Shown here one piece after another: positions 20,040 through 29,099 of a stretch of 64,000 nucleotides of DNA. The stretch comes from Spirulina sp. GTDB taxonomy: Bacteria > Cyanobacteriota > Cyanobacteriia > Phormidesmidales > Phormidesmidaceae. The translations under genes were made by a program, and so were the position numbers. Positions within the stretch are counted from its first letter, which is position 1, and every line of letters begins with the position of its first letter. A model generated the notes under the pieces. The model had not been told where the DNA came from and searched no databases. It saw only the letters and a list, made by a program, of their open reading frames with translations. The stretch is from positions 32,001 to 96,000 of the forward strand of contig JBIPSI010000011.1 of NCBI GenBank assembly GCA_044070495.1, read 5' to 3'.

Positions 20040-21389
20040 GTGAACAACCCAGATTTGCCACTGCCAGATTTGCCACTGACTGAACCCCTACGGTTAAGCC
20101 GTTTTTTTCGCCTAGCGGCGGCGAATATCCTGTCGAATTTGATGGTGCCCCTGGCGGGTTTGGTGGATACGGCCTTTTTGGGCCACCTCGACGACATTCG
20201 CCACCTGGGCGGAGTGGCCTTGGCGACGGTGATTTTCAACGTGCTGTACTGGAGCTTTGGCTTTTTGCGGATGGGCACCACGGGCACCACCGCCCAGGCC
20301 CGTGGGCGCGGCGACAACACCGACCTCTGGCTGATTCTGCTACGCAACGGCAGTGTGGCTCTGGCGGGGGGGCTGCTGATTGTGTTGTTCCAGGTGCCCC
20401 TGCGCGACCTCGGCTTTGCCCTACTCCAGGCGGAGGAAGAGGTGAAGGCGGCGGGCTATGCCTTTTATAATGCCCGCATTTGGGATGCCCCGGCGGTGCT
20501 GCTGAATCTGGTGGTGATGGGCTGGTTTTTGGGCCGAGAACAGGGGCGGCGGGTGCTGCTGCTGTCGTTGGTGGGCAACGGCAGCAATGTGGTGTTCAAC
20601 AGCCTATTTATTGGCTATTTGGGCTGGGCCAGCGCTGGGGCTGGGCTAGGGACGGCCCTCAGCCAGTACGTTACCCTGGGGCTGGGTTTGGTCTTTGTGG
20701 CGCGGGAAGGTGGGGTGGCACGGCTGCGGCAGGTGGCCCCCCAGGGCTGGAATCGGCAGGCCCTACGGGATATCTTCTCGCTGAACCGAGACATCCTAAT
20801 CCGCACCTTTTCCCTGGTGATGAGCTTTGCTCTGTTTACCAACGTTAGCGCTGCCCTGGGCACCCAAACCCTAGCCGCCAACACCCTCCTGCTCCAGGTG
20901 GTGATGCTTTCCGCCTACTTCATCGACGGCATTGCCTTTGCCACCGAAAGCTTTGCCGGACGCTACTATGGCAGCGGCAATGGATCCGAACTGCGGCGTC
21001 TACTGTGGGTGGGCGGCATCACTAGCCTGGGCCTGGGCCTGAGCTTTGCCCTCGCCTTCAATCTCTTTCCCCAGACCCTCTTTGGCCTGTTGACCAGCCA
21101 CAGTGAGGTGATCGCCACGGTGCAAACCTACGTGGGCTGGCTACTGCCGATTTTGGCCATGGGCGGCATCGCCTACATGCTAGACGGCTACTTTTTGGGT
21201 CTAACAGCGGGCAAAGTCCTCCGCAATGCCACCCTGCTGGCGGCGGGGGTTGGCTTCTTTCCCCTAGCCCTAAGTGCCCAACGGCTGGGTAGCCCCCACG
21301 GGCTTTGGCTGGCCCTGGCTGGCTTAATGGCAGGCCGCGCCCTCACCCTACTCTGGGCTGTCCCCGCTTCCCTAAAAACCCTGCGGTAG
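20040..21389 (+). CDS. MATE family efflux transporter (DinF-like)
   Basis: About 12 TM segments, PLAGLVDTAFLGHL, FGFLRMGTTG. Confidence 0.92.
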   Translation: MNNPDLPLPDLPLTEPLRLSRFFRLAAANILSNLMVPLAGLVDTAFLGHLDDIRHLGGVALATVIFNVLYWSFGFLRMGTTGTTAQARGRGDNTDLWLILLRNGSVALAGGLLIVLFQVPLRDLGFALLQAEEEVKAAGYAFYNARIWDAPAVLLNLVVMGWFLGREQGRRVLLLSLVGNGSNVVFNSLFIGYLGWASAGAGLGTALSQYVTLGLGLVFVAREGGVARLRQVAPQGWNRQALRDIFSLNRDILIRTFSLVMSFALFTNVSAALGTQTLAANTLLLQVVMLSAYFIDGIAFATESFAGRYYGSGNGSELRRLLWVGGITSLGLGLSFALAFNLFPQTLFGLLTSHSEVIATVQTYVGWLLPILAMGGIAYMLDGYFLGLTAGKVLRNATLLAAGVGFFPLALSAQRLGSPHGLWLALAGLMAGRALTLLWAVPASLKTLR

Positions 21390-21434
21390 TCCTGACCTCG
21401 CCCCAGCCGCCATCACATCTACACAAGAGGATAC

Positions 21435-21455
21435 AAAAAAGGGGCCTAAGGCCCC
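21435..21455 (-). terminator. Intrinsic terminator
   Basis: AAAAAA-GGGGCC-TAA-GGCCCC. Confidence 0.65.
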
Positions 21456-21525
21456 CTCGGTTGCTATGGATAGCGAAATTGTCAAAATGTCAAAACTTTA
21501 AAGGCTACAACGTTGTCAAAACGTC

Positions 21526-21807
21526 CTAATGCAGGCCGGGTTCGATTTGGTCGAGGGGGATGAAGCACTCGCTGGGCAAAAGCACAGGGCGTTCACCAAA
21601 AATCAGCTTGCCGCGATGGGTTTTGGTGCTGATGGCAATACCCACAGGCCGCTGGAGATCGTCGGGATGCACCTCGTAGTAGGTGCGGTAGATCTGGCGG
21701 GCGGATTTGAGCAGGGCGGGATTAAACACCGTAGACAAAAGGGCGGCATCCGGCAACGATGGCGCTGTCTCGCTGGTAACGGAGGGGGGGTTCTGTAGAC
21801 CGTACAC
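21526..21807 (-). CDS. Conserved cyanobacterial small hypothetical protein
   Basis: 'ARQIYRTYYEVHP...RPVGIAI...RGKLIF..RPVLLP.ECFIP' pattern; terminator downstream. Confidence 0.7.
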   Translation of the reverse strand: MYGLQNPPSVTSETAPSLPDAALLSTVFNPALLKSARQIYRTYYEVHPDDLQRPVGIAISTKTHRGKLIFGERPVLLPSECFIPLDQIEPGLH

Positions 21808-21887
21808 GACTCACCTGTGACTCTTCGACAAGACTGTAACCGATATCCCCAGGGCTGGTTAATCGTTGCCTAATGTTAAACGAGAAC

Positions 21888-22982
21888 TTAGGATTTGAAC
21901 GTATCAATTGCAGCCAGTAGCGCCTCGCCCATACCCTTACAGCCCACGGCGGTCATGCCCTCAGAGATGATGTCGCCGGTTCGGTAGCCCTGGTCGAGCA
22001 CCGTGTTGACGGCGTTCTCGATGCGGTCGGCGGCGGCGGGTTGGTCTAACCCATAGCGCAGCATCATGGCCGCACTCAGTACCTGGGCTAGGGGGTTGGC
22101 CTTGTCCTGTCCGGCAATGTCGGGGGCAGACCCGTGGACGGGTTCGTAGACCCCAGGCCCATCGGCCCCCAGGCTGGCGGAGGGCAACATGCCGATACTT
22201 CCAGTCAGCATCGCCGCCGCATCGGACAGAATATCCCCGAACAGGTTCCCGGTGACGATGGTATCGAACTGCTTGGGCCAGCGGATCAGCTGCATCGCCG
22301 CATTGTCCACATACAAATGGCTGAGGGTGACATCGGGGTAGTCCGCCGCCATGGCCGTAATCCGATCCCGCCACAGTTGCGACACCTCCAGCACATTGGC
22401 CTTATCCACCGAGCAAAGCTGTCCCCCCCGTTTTTGGGCGGTTTCAAAGGCGACCTTACCAATCCGGTCAATTTCTGAATCGGTGTAGGCCATGGTGTTG
22501 ACCCCTCGCTTTTCCCCGGTTTCCGTCTCAAACAGGCCCTTGGGGGTGCCAAAGTAAATGCCGCCCGTCAGTTCGCGCACCACCATAATATCGACCCCTT
22601 CCACCACCTCGCGCTTGAGGGAAGAGGCATCCACCAACTGTGGCAAAATCGTCGCGGGGCGCAGGTTGGCGAACAGTCCTAACCCCGCCCGCAGTCCCAA
22701 AAGGCCCGTTTCTGGCCGCTGGTGCCGGGGCAGATTGTCCCACTTGTAGCCACCAATGGCCGCTAACAGCACCGCATCGCTGCCCTTGCAGGTATCCAGC
22801 GTCGCCTGGGGCAGGGGTTCTCCGGTGGCATCAATAGCCGCGCCGCCAATCAGGGCTTCCTGAAACTCAAAGCTTAAGTCCATCTGCCGACCTACGGCCT
22901 TGAGAACATCCACGGCAACGGCCATAATTTCGGGGCCAATGCCATCACCGGGCAGCAGGGTAATGCGGTAAGAGGAGGTCAT
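21888..22982 (-). CDS. leuB: 3-isopropylmalate dehydrogenase
   Basis: [43 protein letters not shown]. Confidence 0.97.
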   Translation of the reverse strand: MTSSYRITLLPGDGIGPEIMAVAVDVLKAVGRQMDLSFEFQEALIGGAAIDATGEPLPQATLDTCKGSDAVLLAAIGGYKWDNLPRHQRPETGLLGLRAGLGLFANLRPATILPQLVDASSLKREVVEGVDIMVVRELTGGIYFGTPKGLFETETGEKRGVNTMAYTDSEIDRIGKVAFETAQKRGGQLCSVDKANVLEVSQLWRDRITAMAADYPDVTLSHLYVDNAAMQLIRWPKQFDTIVTGNLFGDILSDAAAMLTGSIGMLPSASLGADGPGVYEPVHGSAPDIAGQDKANPLAQVLSAAMMLRYGLDQPAAADRIENAVNTVLDQGYRTGDIISEGMTAVGCKGMGEALLAAIDTFKS

Positions 22983-23400
22983 AGGACAGGCTCGTAAATA
23001 ATCGACAAACCGGGCGCAAACGGCCCCTAGGCAGCTTTCTATCATACCCCGGCAGGCCAACCCCAAAACCTGTGGTGGAACATCATACTGCCTACGACTA
23101 CCTCTTCGCCCTCGCTCTCTAGCCGTCTACCCTGGTTACCCCTCGACTCATCGGGCATCCAATCATCTTACATAGTGACCACTTGGACTGCTACCTAAGC
23201 AGGTAGACCATCCTCTCTCAACCACTTTCCGACACTCCAAATAAAACTATTAAGACTTTTATAACTAATTTATTAGAGGTCTTCAGATTAGAGTATATTT
23301 TTATGCTGAGCGAGTGAAGCTTGCAGGTAGACTTCGCAGGAAGCTTGCAAAATCTTGTCCATCAACATTATCGCTCTATATCCGTAATTGAGGTTTGTCT

Positions 23401-24573
23401 ATGTCTTTGGTGCGAAAATTTTCAGGGTGTCTTGGTGTTTTGTGCCTTACCTCTAGCATTCTTTCCTTTCCTCTAAAGTCTTCTGCTATTTCTCCTAGTA
23501 CTTTTCAGAAGGATGGGGAAGAAGTGGCCCTGGATAGGAATAGTTTAGAAGTCACAGAGCCATTGCTCATTGGTAATGCGACCCAGAATGATCAAATTAA
23601 GATGCTGACCATTCTAGAGGTTACACCAATCAGGCCAAGCACGGGAGTTAGCTCAGAAGCTGCTACAATTACAACCCTTGTTGCGGGAGGGTTGGCCGCT
23701 TTGTCCGGGCCAATTGGTGGAGGTGCTGCTCTCCTCATTGAAGCAGGAGGACGGGCTGCTAGCGCAAGATCAGGAATGGCTCTTCTCGTCGATGCGGGTA
23801 TCGCAATCGGTTCTTCAACGGGGGATAATCTTTATATTACGGTGAATGATAACCGTGTTTGGCCTCTTTTAGAGTATAGAACTCTTACAGAATATCCACC
23901 ATTGCCTCCTGGTCGGCCTACTGTTGTTGGTGCGACCGCATTTCTGGATCGCAATTTGACAATTAAACTGATGGATCAAGATTTATCTGGTGATGATCTC
24001 CTCAACAATCCACCTTTAACAATTAGCAGAAATGTATCGCCTGCTGATGAAGTATGGAATACGAGGCGAAATATTCTCGTAGAAAATAGACAAGAGGGTA
24101 GTCTTTACATGATGACCATCCAAGTCTCAGCAGCGACTAGTATTGGCCCAAAACTTATCAGTAATGGTGAGAATAACTCTATTGCGATGACGCCCCTCTT
24201 ATCCTATGGTGATCCAGATCTGGAGAATGGCTCTTATTTGAAGTCTGAGAATGGTAGGTTTACGTTGATCATGCAAGATGACAGTAACCTTGTTATCTAC
24301 GAAGACGGTAATCGACCTGTTTGGGCTAGTGGCAGTCAAATCATTGCCGATGCCGAAGGGCGACCTATTTTCGGTCAGGGTCCCTTTGAGGCTCGAATGC
24401 AGAGTGACGGAAACTTTGTTGTTTACAATGAATCAAATCGACCTATCTGGGAAACCAATACTGATGGTCGCGGACAGGGGCCTTACGAATTAGTGCTTCA
24501 GGATGACCGTAATCTTGTGATCTACGATTCCCAGAGAACTGTTATCTGGGCGTCTAACACAGATCTCAGATAG
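23401..24573 (+). CDS. Secreted protein with C-terminal bulb-type (GNA, mannose-binding) lectin domain
   Basis: Signal peptide; three QxDxNxVxY motifs (QDDSNLVIY, QSDGNFVVY, QDDRNLVIY); AT-richer than flanks. Confidence 0.85.
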   Translation: MSLVRKFSGCLGVLCLTSSILSFPLKSSAISPSTFQKDGEEVALDRNSLEVTEPLLIGNATQNDQIKMLTILEVTPIRPSTGVSSEAATITTLVAGGLAALSGPIGGGAALLIEAGGRAASARSGMALLVDAGIAIGSSTGDNLYITVNDNRVWPLLEYRTLTEYPPLPPGRPTVVGATAFLDRNLTIKLMDQDLSGDDLLNNPPLTISRNVSPADEVWNTRRNILVENRQEGSLYMMTIQVSAATSIGPKLISNGENNSIAMTPLLSYGDPDLENGSYLKSENGRFTLIMQDDSNLVIYEDGNRPVWASGSQIIADAEGRPIFGQGPFEARMQSDGNFVVYNESNRPIWETNTDGRGQGPYELVLQDDRNLVIYDSQRTVIWASNTDLR

Positions 24574-24575
24574 GT

Positions 24576-24605
24576 CTTTTGGGATACTTAATCATCCCAG
24601 AAGAT
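24576..24605 (+). terminator. Hairpin after the lectin gene
   Basis: TCTTTTGGGAT...ATCCCAGAAGA. Confidence 0.5.
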
Positions 24606-24923
24606 ATCCTCTAAGGCGGTGAGTGACCAAATTAGGAATCCATTTGGGTTCTGTTGAAGCTAGAGCCCTGGGATCTAATGCAAGACGCGGATCCTAGGGT
24701 TCTGAGGTGATCAAGGCCGATCTTGGCATTTTCACCATCGGAATCCTGGGATTATTGCAGTAGTAGAGGATATAGGAGGCGGAAATCTGGGCATTGGGCG
24801 AAGGCTTTATGCCTACATTTCCTAAAAGTGAGTCAACCCATCCTTAATTCAGAAATGCCAGCAGTTGATTTATCATTGCCTATGGTTTAGGAGGGCATGA
24901 TGAGTTGCCCCTGCGGATGTGAT

Positions 24924-25223
24924 TTAGGATTTAATGGCGACAACTTCTTGGCTGAGACGATCACCAATCTCGTCTTCGGCAACATCGAGGTCGTAGTCCA
25001 TCTGCAAGCCCAGCCAAAACCGGGGCGACATGCCAAAATAGCGGGCGAGGCGGAGGGCAGTGTCGGCGGTAATGCGTCGTTTGCCGTGAACAATTTCATT
25101 GATGCGGCGGGCGGGTACTCTCAATGCCAGAGCGATTTGGTTTTGGCTGAGGTTCATGGGCTTGAGAAATTCTTCCAGCAAAATTTCGCCGGGATGTACG
25201 GGTTTGAGCCTTTCGTTATCCAT
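24924..25223 (-). CDS. higA: HigA-family addiction module antitoxin (no adjacent HigB)
   Basis: PVHPGEILLEEFLKP, RRITADTALRLARYFG, FWLGLQ..YDL. Confidence 0.92.
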   Translation of the reverse strand: MDNERLKPVHPGEILLEEFLKPMNLSQNQIALALRVPARRINEIVHGKRRITADTALRLARYFGMSPRFWLGLQMDYDLDVAEDEIGDRLSQEVVAIKS

Positions 25224-25285
25224 TTCGTAGAACTGGAGCCTGATCAGGTCAGGGGGCTGCGGTACCAATGCTCTAGGGGGGCAAC

Positions 25286-25534
25286 CTAGCGGCGAATCCA
25301 TTTGGTGAGGATGCGGAGGGGTTGTCCGGTCGCTGGGTCGATCTGGGGTTTGCTCCAGGCGCGAGGTTCGGCAAAGCCGAGGCGATGCAGATGGGCAATG
25401 ACTAGCTCCATGGCGGCGGCGGTGCCGATCAGCATGACGCGCACGGGTTCGCGGGGGGCAGAGGGTTCGGTGCCAGGGGTGTTGTCCGCAGGGGGCAGGC
25501 TATAAATTTCGCTGTTGGGGATGAATTCTGACAT
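25286..25534 (-). CDS. 82-aa uncharacterised cyanobacterial small protein
   Basis: REPVRVMLIG...LHRLGFAE...WS.P...LRILT pattern, recalled from multi-copy cyanobacterial hypothetical proteins. Confidence 0.7.
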   Translation of the reverse strand: MSEFIPNSEIYSLPPADNTPGTEPSAPREPVRVMLIGTAAAMELVIAHLHRLGFAEPRAWSKPQIDPATGQPLRILTKWIRR

Positions 25535-25568
25535 GGCGATCAGTGAATAGGGGTGATTGAATGGATCC

Positions 25569-25647
25569 AGATCCCAGGGTTTTGTAAAGACCCTGGGATC
25601 TTTTGTCGAAAGAATCTCCACGAAGGGTGCGAAACCCTCCGCGAGAT
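25569..25647 (-). ncRNA. Putative structured 5' leader or small RNA (two strong hairpins)
   Basis: 12-bp perfect stem 25569-25580/25590-25601; 14-bp stem 25614-25647 whose mismatches are G-U only on the minus strand. Confidence 0.5.
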
Positions 25648-25692
25648 GGGAAACTGGGCAAACTAATCAGCAACAAAAGCTATATGCCATCG

Positions 25693-25721
25693 TGACATGT
25701 CATCTTGGCTTAGTCAAGATG
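25693..25721. promoter_or_regulatory. Candidate XRE operator palindromes in the divergent promoter
   Basis: TGACATGTCA and CATCTTG-N7-CAAGATG. Confidence 0.45.
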
Positions 25722-25749
25722 GTTTGTTGTCGTGGCGGAATGTCTCGAC

Positions 25750-25989
25750 ATGCCAGAAAGCAGACCAAAAGAGCCAAAACCAGAGTCAGCCCTGAAGCAA
25801 CTGAGAGATCGCCTGGGCCTGACGCAAGAGGAGTTATCTCGCCGTTGTGGGATACCACTGCGAACCTATGTACGCTGGGAAACGGGGGAAGCTACGCCAA
25901 GACCAACGATTCCGCAGGTGAAGGCGTTGTGTAGGGAGTTGGGGGTTGCGATCGAGCAGTTGCCAGATGAGTTTGGGCCAATACGGTAG
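25750..25989 (+). CDS. XRE/Cro-family HTH regulator
   Basis: LKQLRDRLGLTQEELSRRCGIPLRTYVRWETG. Confidence 0.9.
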   Translation: MPESRPKEPKPESALKQLRDRLGLTQEELSRRCGIPLRTYVRWETGEATPRPTIPQVKALCRELGVAIEQLPDEFGPIR

Positions 25990-25995
25990 CCTTCT

Positions 25996-26862
25996 ATGTC
26001 CCAACTAATTCTTATAGAACAGCATTGTTTTTATCTTTGTCACTTGCTTCAAAACTTACCTAATCCGTATCTTTCAAAAGTAATTGAGACAAAAGACAGA
26101 GACCGAGTTCAACTTTCAGATGTGACGGAATGGCTATATTTGGCAGCTAGCGTTAGACGGGTAGAAATTGACACCTCCTACTTTGACGGCAGTGTCATTA
26201 TGTGTAGACCTGCATGGGAATATCAGGTTGCTAGAAGTGAACTTTTGTCTGAGGTTACGACGCATTTGAGCCGGTTTAACTTCGTTTGGGGCGCATTTGA
26301 ATCCTTGGCAAAGTTAATCGAACCACCTAATATACCTAAAAATATCAAGAAAGATGCAAGTGGACTTGTTGATAGGGTTGTGTATTTTCTTAAGATTAAC
26401 TATGAGCCCAAAATGCTTCCACCTTGTTTCTTGGATGTACTCTCTGAATTCACCAACTGTCTTTTGACTGCTAAATTATTTGATGTTTCGGCAGATGAAT
26501 TTAGTGTCAGTTCTTATATGGGATCTTCGGGAATTGGTATCAAGCTGGTTAGTAAGATTAGAAATAAGTTTGCGCATGGCAGTGGAAAATTTCCTGAGCC
26601 GGAGGGTTGGGGAAGCCATTCCTCTTGTGACTCACGATTGATCTTGGCAGCTACTAGGATAGTGCTTCTAAGTATGCAGATTGCTTTGATTGCTTACTTT
26701 CGGAATGTAGATTTTTATGTTGACTGCTTGAAATATGAATTTATGGACGAAAACCTATTTTTTGAAGAAGAAAGTATTCATAGAATTCTACAATGTCTGC
26801 ATCTTTCGGCTATTTCCCAAGTACCAGGCCAACTCTCACTTTTGGATTTGGAATATGAATAA
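25996..26862 (+). CDS. HEPN-domain protein, putative RNase or defence effector
   Basis: FNFVWGAFE helix plus RNKFAH (RxxxxH) motif; markedly AT-rich. Confidence 0.6.
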   Translation: MSQLILIEQHCFYLCHLLQNLPNPYLSKVIETKDRDRVQLSDVTEWLYLAASVRRVEIDTSYFDGSVIMCRPAWEYQVARSELLSEVTTHLSRFNFVWGAFESLAKLIEPPNIPKNIKKDASGLVDRVVYFLKINYEPKMLPPCFLDVLSEFTNCLLTAKLFDVSADEFSVSSYMGSSGIGIKLVSKIRNKFAHGSGKFPEPEGWGSHSSCDSRLILAATRIVLLSMQIALIAYFRNVDFYVDCLKYEFMDENLFFEEESIHRILQCLHLSAISQVPGQLSLLDLEYE

Positions 26863-26894
26863 TTTAAGCTAGTAAATATTTCAAGAGGTAGAAG

Positions 26895-26971
26895 GTAGGT
26901 TGGGTGAAACGAAGTGTAACCCAACACAAGCACAGGAGCATTGGGTTCTGCTGGCGCGCAACCCAACCTAC
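26895..26971. repeat. REP doublet (GTAGGTTGGGT...ACCCAACCTAC)
   Basis: 11-bp terminal inverted repeat with internal TTGGGT/ACCCAA hairpins. Confidence 0.8.
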
Positions 26972-27042
26972 GCCTGAATCTGATTGCGATAGACTGATAG
27001 CAGCATTCACCTCTCCACATCCACGCAGGAGGTTATCGCTCA

Positions 27043-27276
27043 ATGACCGTCCAAGACCTAGAAGCGCAACTCCTTCAGCTATCCCCCATAGAAAAGCTGC
27101 ACATCATTCAACTGCTGGCTCAAAGCCTAAACGCCGATGTAGTTGAGCAACAGACCGATAGCGATGAAAAGCTGTCTGATTTCTTTCGTCAGTCTCCCCT
27201 GGCAGAAGCCGTTGCCGACAATGGCGTTGACTTAGAGCGCAATCGCCGTTTGCCTGAAGATCGCTTTGTGCCGTGA
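27043..27276 (+). CDS. Putative VapB-type antitoxin
   Basis: Small acidic protein overlapping the PIN gene by GTGA; LSDFFRQSPL...DLER motif. Confidence 0.7.
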   Translation: MTVQDLEAQLLQLSPIEKLHIIQLLAQSLNADVVEQQTDSDEKLSDFFRQSPLAEAVADNGVDLERNRRLPEDRFVP

Positions 27277-27695
27277 CTTATTTACTGGATACGTGTGTCA
27301 TCTCAGAGTTGGTAGCCAAGCGTCCTAACCCATCCGTTGTGACGTGGATTGATACTCAGCTCCCAACGGATCTTCATTTAAGCGTCATCACCATCGGCGA
27401 AATCGCCAAAGGTACCAGTAAGCTTGCTCCCTCTCGCCGTAAGGATAGCTTGACGACCTGGCTCAATCAAACGCTTCCCAATCGCTTCGGAGAACGTATT
27501 CTAGGCATTGATACGGCCACGATGATGCTGTGGGGAGATATGGTAGGACGCCTGGAGAAGCAGGGAACGCCAATGCCGCTGTTGGACTCTTTGATTGCGG
27601 CCATAGCAATCCAAAACTCTCTCCGGCTCGTGACTCGAAACATTGATGACTTTGCTGCGACAGGGATTGTAATGCTTAACCCTTGGTTAGAGTAA
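27273..27695 (+). CDS. vapC: VapC PIN-domain toxin
   Basis: YLLDTCVISE, SVITIGEI, DSLIAAIA, LVTRNIDDF. Confidence 0.93.
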   Translation: MTYLLDTCVISELVAKRPNPSVVTWIDTQLPTDLHLSVITIGEIAKGTSKLAPSRRKDSLTTWLNQTLPNRFGERILGIDTATMMLWGDMVGRLEKQGTPMPLLDSLIAAIAIQNSLRLVTRNIDDFAATGIVMLNPWLE

Positions 27696-27756
27696 TTCAC
27701 GGCAAGCGTCGTAGGCAGGGGGTGACCGCCTAGGGTGAGGCTCTAGAATCGCGTGG

Positions 27757-28947
27757 CTAGGGGTTGGCGGGGGATTGCAGCACACCGCTGAGCCAACGCT
27801 GAACCGCCTCCTCTGGGGGAAAGGCCGCATAACGATCCAGGGTGAAGGGGGGAAGACTGACAGGTAAATCGCCCGTTGGGCATTGGCCGGAAGGTTCCGT
27901 TGTGATGGTTTGGGCAGCTACAACTTGTCCCGATTGTGCCGCTACGAGGGTGATCTGCGTGACTCGGTGGTGCCTCGTTACGAACTGATACCGATCATCG
28001 CAGGGATGTGCTTCGGTTTGATGGCCATCAACACACAGCACCAGGGCCACCGCCCCATTGCCAGGGGCTAGGCTGGCGGCAGGAAGATAGCGACCAATGG
28101 GGGCTGTTGTCGATCCCGCACCATAGGAATCGCTAGGGTTGGAGCGATTCGTGGTCTGAGAAACGGTATATTCGGCCTCCGCTGAGAGCGGGAGAAAGCC
28201 GCCCGGTGTGCGCTCGGCCCGTGACTGGGGTGCCGCTTCATCGGGCCGATAGAATGCCATCCCATAGGCGGGTTGTCCATCAGCGGCGGGATAGGGGGCA
28301 GCGGAGGCTAGGGATGCCTGCCCAGGGCGATCACACAGTTGGCCCAGGGCTAGGGTTGAGATGGGCTGGGTGCCATCGGGCAGGGTGGTGGTGTCGTCGG
28401 TGTGGATCGGGTAATGACGAGGCCCCGATTTTCCTTGGAGGAGGTCGGCGTTGGTAAAACGGGCGTTGGTGAGATCCGCGCCGCGCATATCGGTGCGATC
28501 AAAAACGGCCTCGGTCAGATCCGCATTGGTTAGGGTGGCGCGTCTAAGGTCGGTGTCTTCGAGGATGGCACCGCCTAGGTTCGCCCCAGCCAGGTTCGCC
28601 CCAGCCAGGTTCGCCCCATGTAGCCGTGACTGGCTTAGGTTTGCCCCTACTAGGTCAGCCTCGGCTAGGTCATGGCCGCTCAAATCTACTCCCGATAGAT
28701 CACATTCTCGGCAGGATTTTGTATCGAGTAACTGCTGCCGTTGCTGCCGCCGACTAGGAGCGTTGTACCGCATGGCGGGGGTGTTTCGGCCCGCATTAGG
28801 GGATGCAATAGACTCAAATCGGGAATTCTCGGAGGAATGATAGCTCCTGAAGGTAGCCACCAGGATGGCAGAGACCAAAGCTATTCCGCCAACTCCTGCA
28901 ATGATCCAGCGTTTTGATGGGGGCAGATTTGGCGGCATCATCGGCAA
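27757..28947 (-). CDS. Membrane-anchored pentapeptide-repeat protein with an unknown C-terminal domain
   Basis: N-terminal TM, LLDTKSCRECDL, A(N/D)LxG repeats, TLPDG. Confidence 0.8.
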   Translation of the reverse strand: MPMMPPNLPPSKRWIIAGVGGIALVSAILVATFRSYHSSENSRFESIASPNAGRNTPAMRYNAPSRRQQRQQLLDTKSCRECDLSGVDLSGHDLAEADLVGANLSQSRLHGANLAGANLAGANLGGAILEDTDLRRATLTNADLTEAVFDRTDMRGADLTNARFTNADLLQGKSGPRHYPIHTDDTTTLPDGTQPISTLALGQLCDRPGQASLASAAPYPAADGQPAYGMAFYRPDEAAPQSRAERTPGGFLPLSAEAEYTVSQTTNRSNPSDSYGAGSTTAPIGRYLPAASLAPGNGAVALVLCVDGHQTEAHPCDDRYQFVTRHHRVTQITLVAAQSGQVVAAQTITTEPSGQCPTGDLPVSLPPFTLDRYAAFPPEEAVQRWLSGVLQSPANP

Positions 28948-29052
28948 GGACTACGGCGATGGGAGCAACCCCTAGAATGGGGGCAGCCCCTAGGGCAACG
29001 TTCCTAGACCATAGCCTAGGACATCTCGGCTCGGAGGGGCATCCTACAAAAC

Positions 29053-29099
29053 TTTGTACAGCAGGAATTTTGTACAGCAGGAATTTGGATAGCAGGAAT
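29053..29099 (+). repeat. Three 15-16 bp tandem repeats ending at a start codon
   Basis: tttgtacagcaggaat x2 plus ttggatagcaggaat. Confidence 0.75.

Noticed and set aside
24604..24773. Retron msr-msd with a1/a2 inverted repeats
   Set aside because: No reverse transcriptase in the window; kept only as an unexplained structure
25224..25285. HigB toxin upstream of higA
   Set aside because: Only about 60 nt are available and there is no RelE/HigB-like sequence
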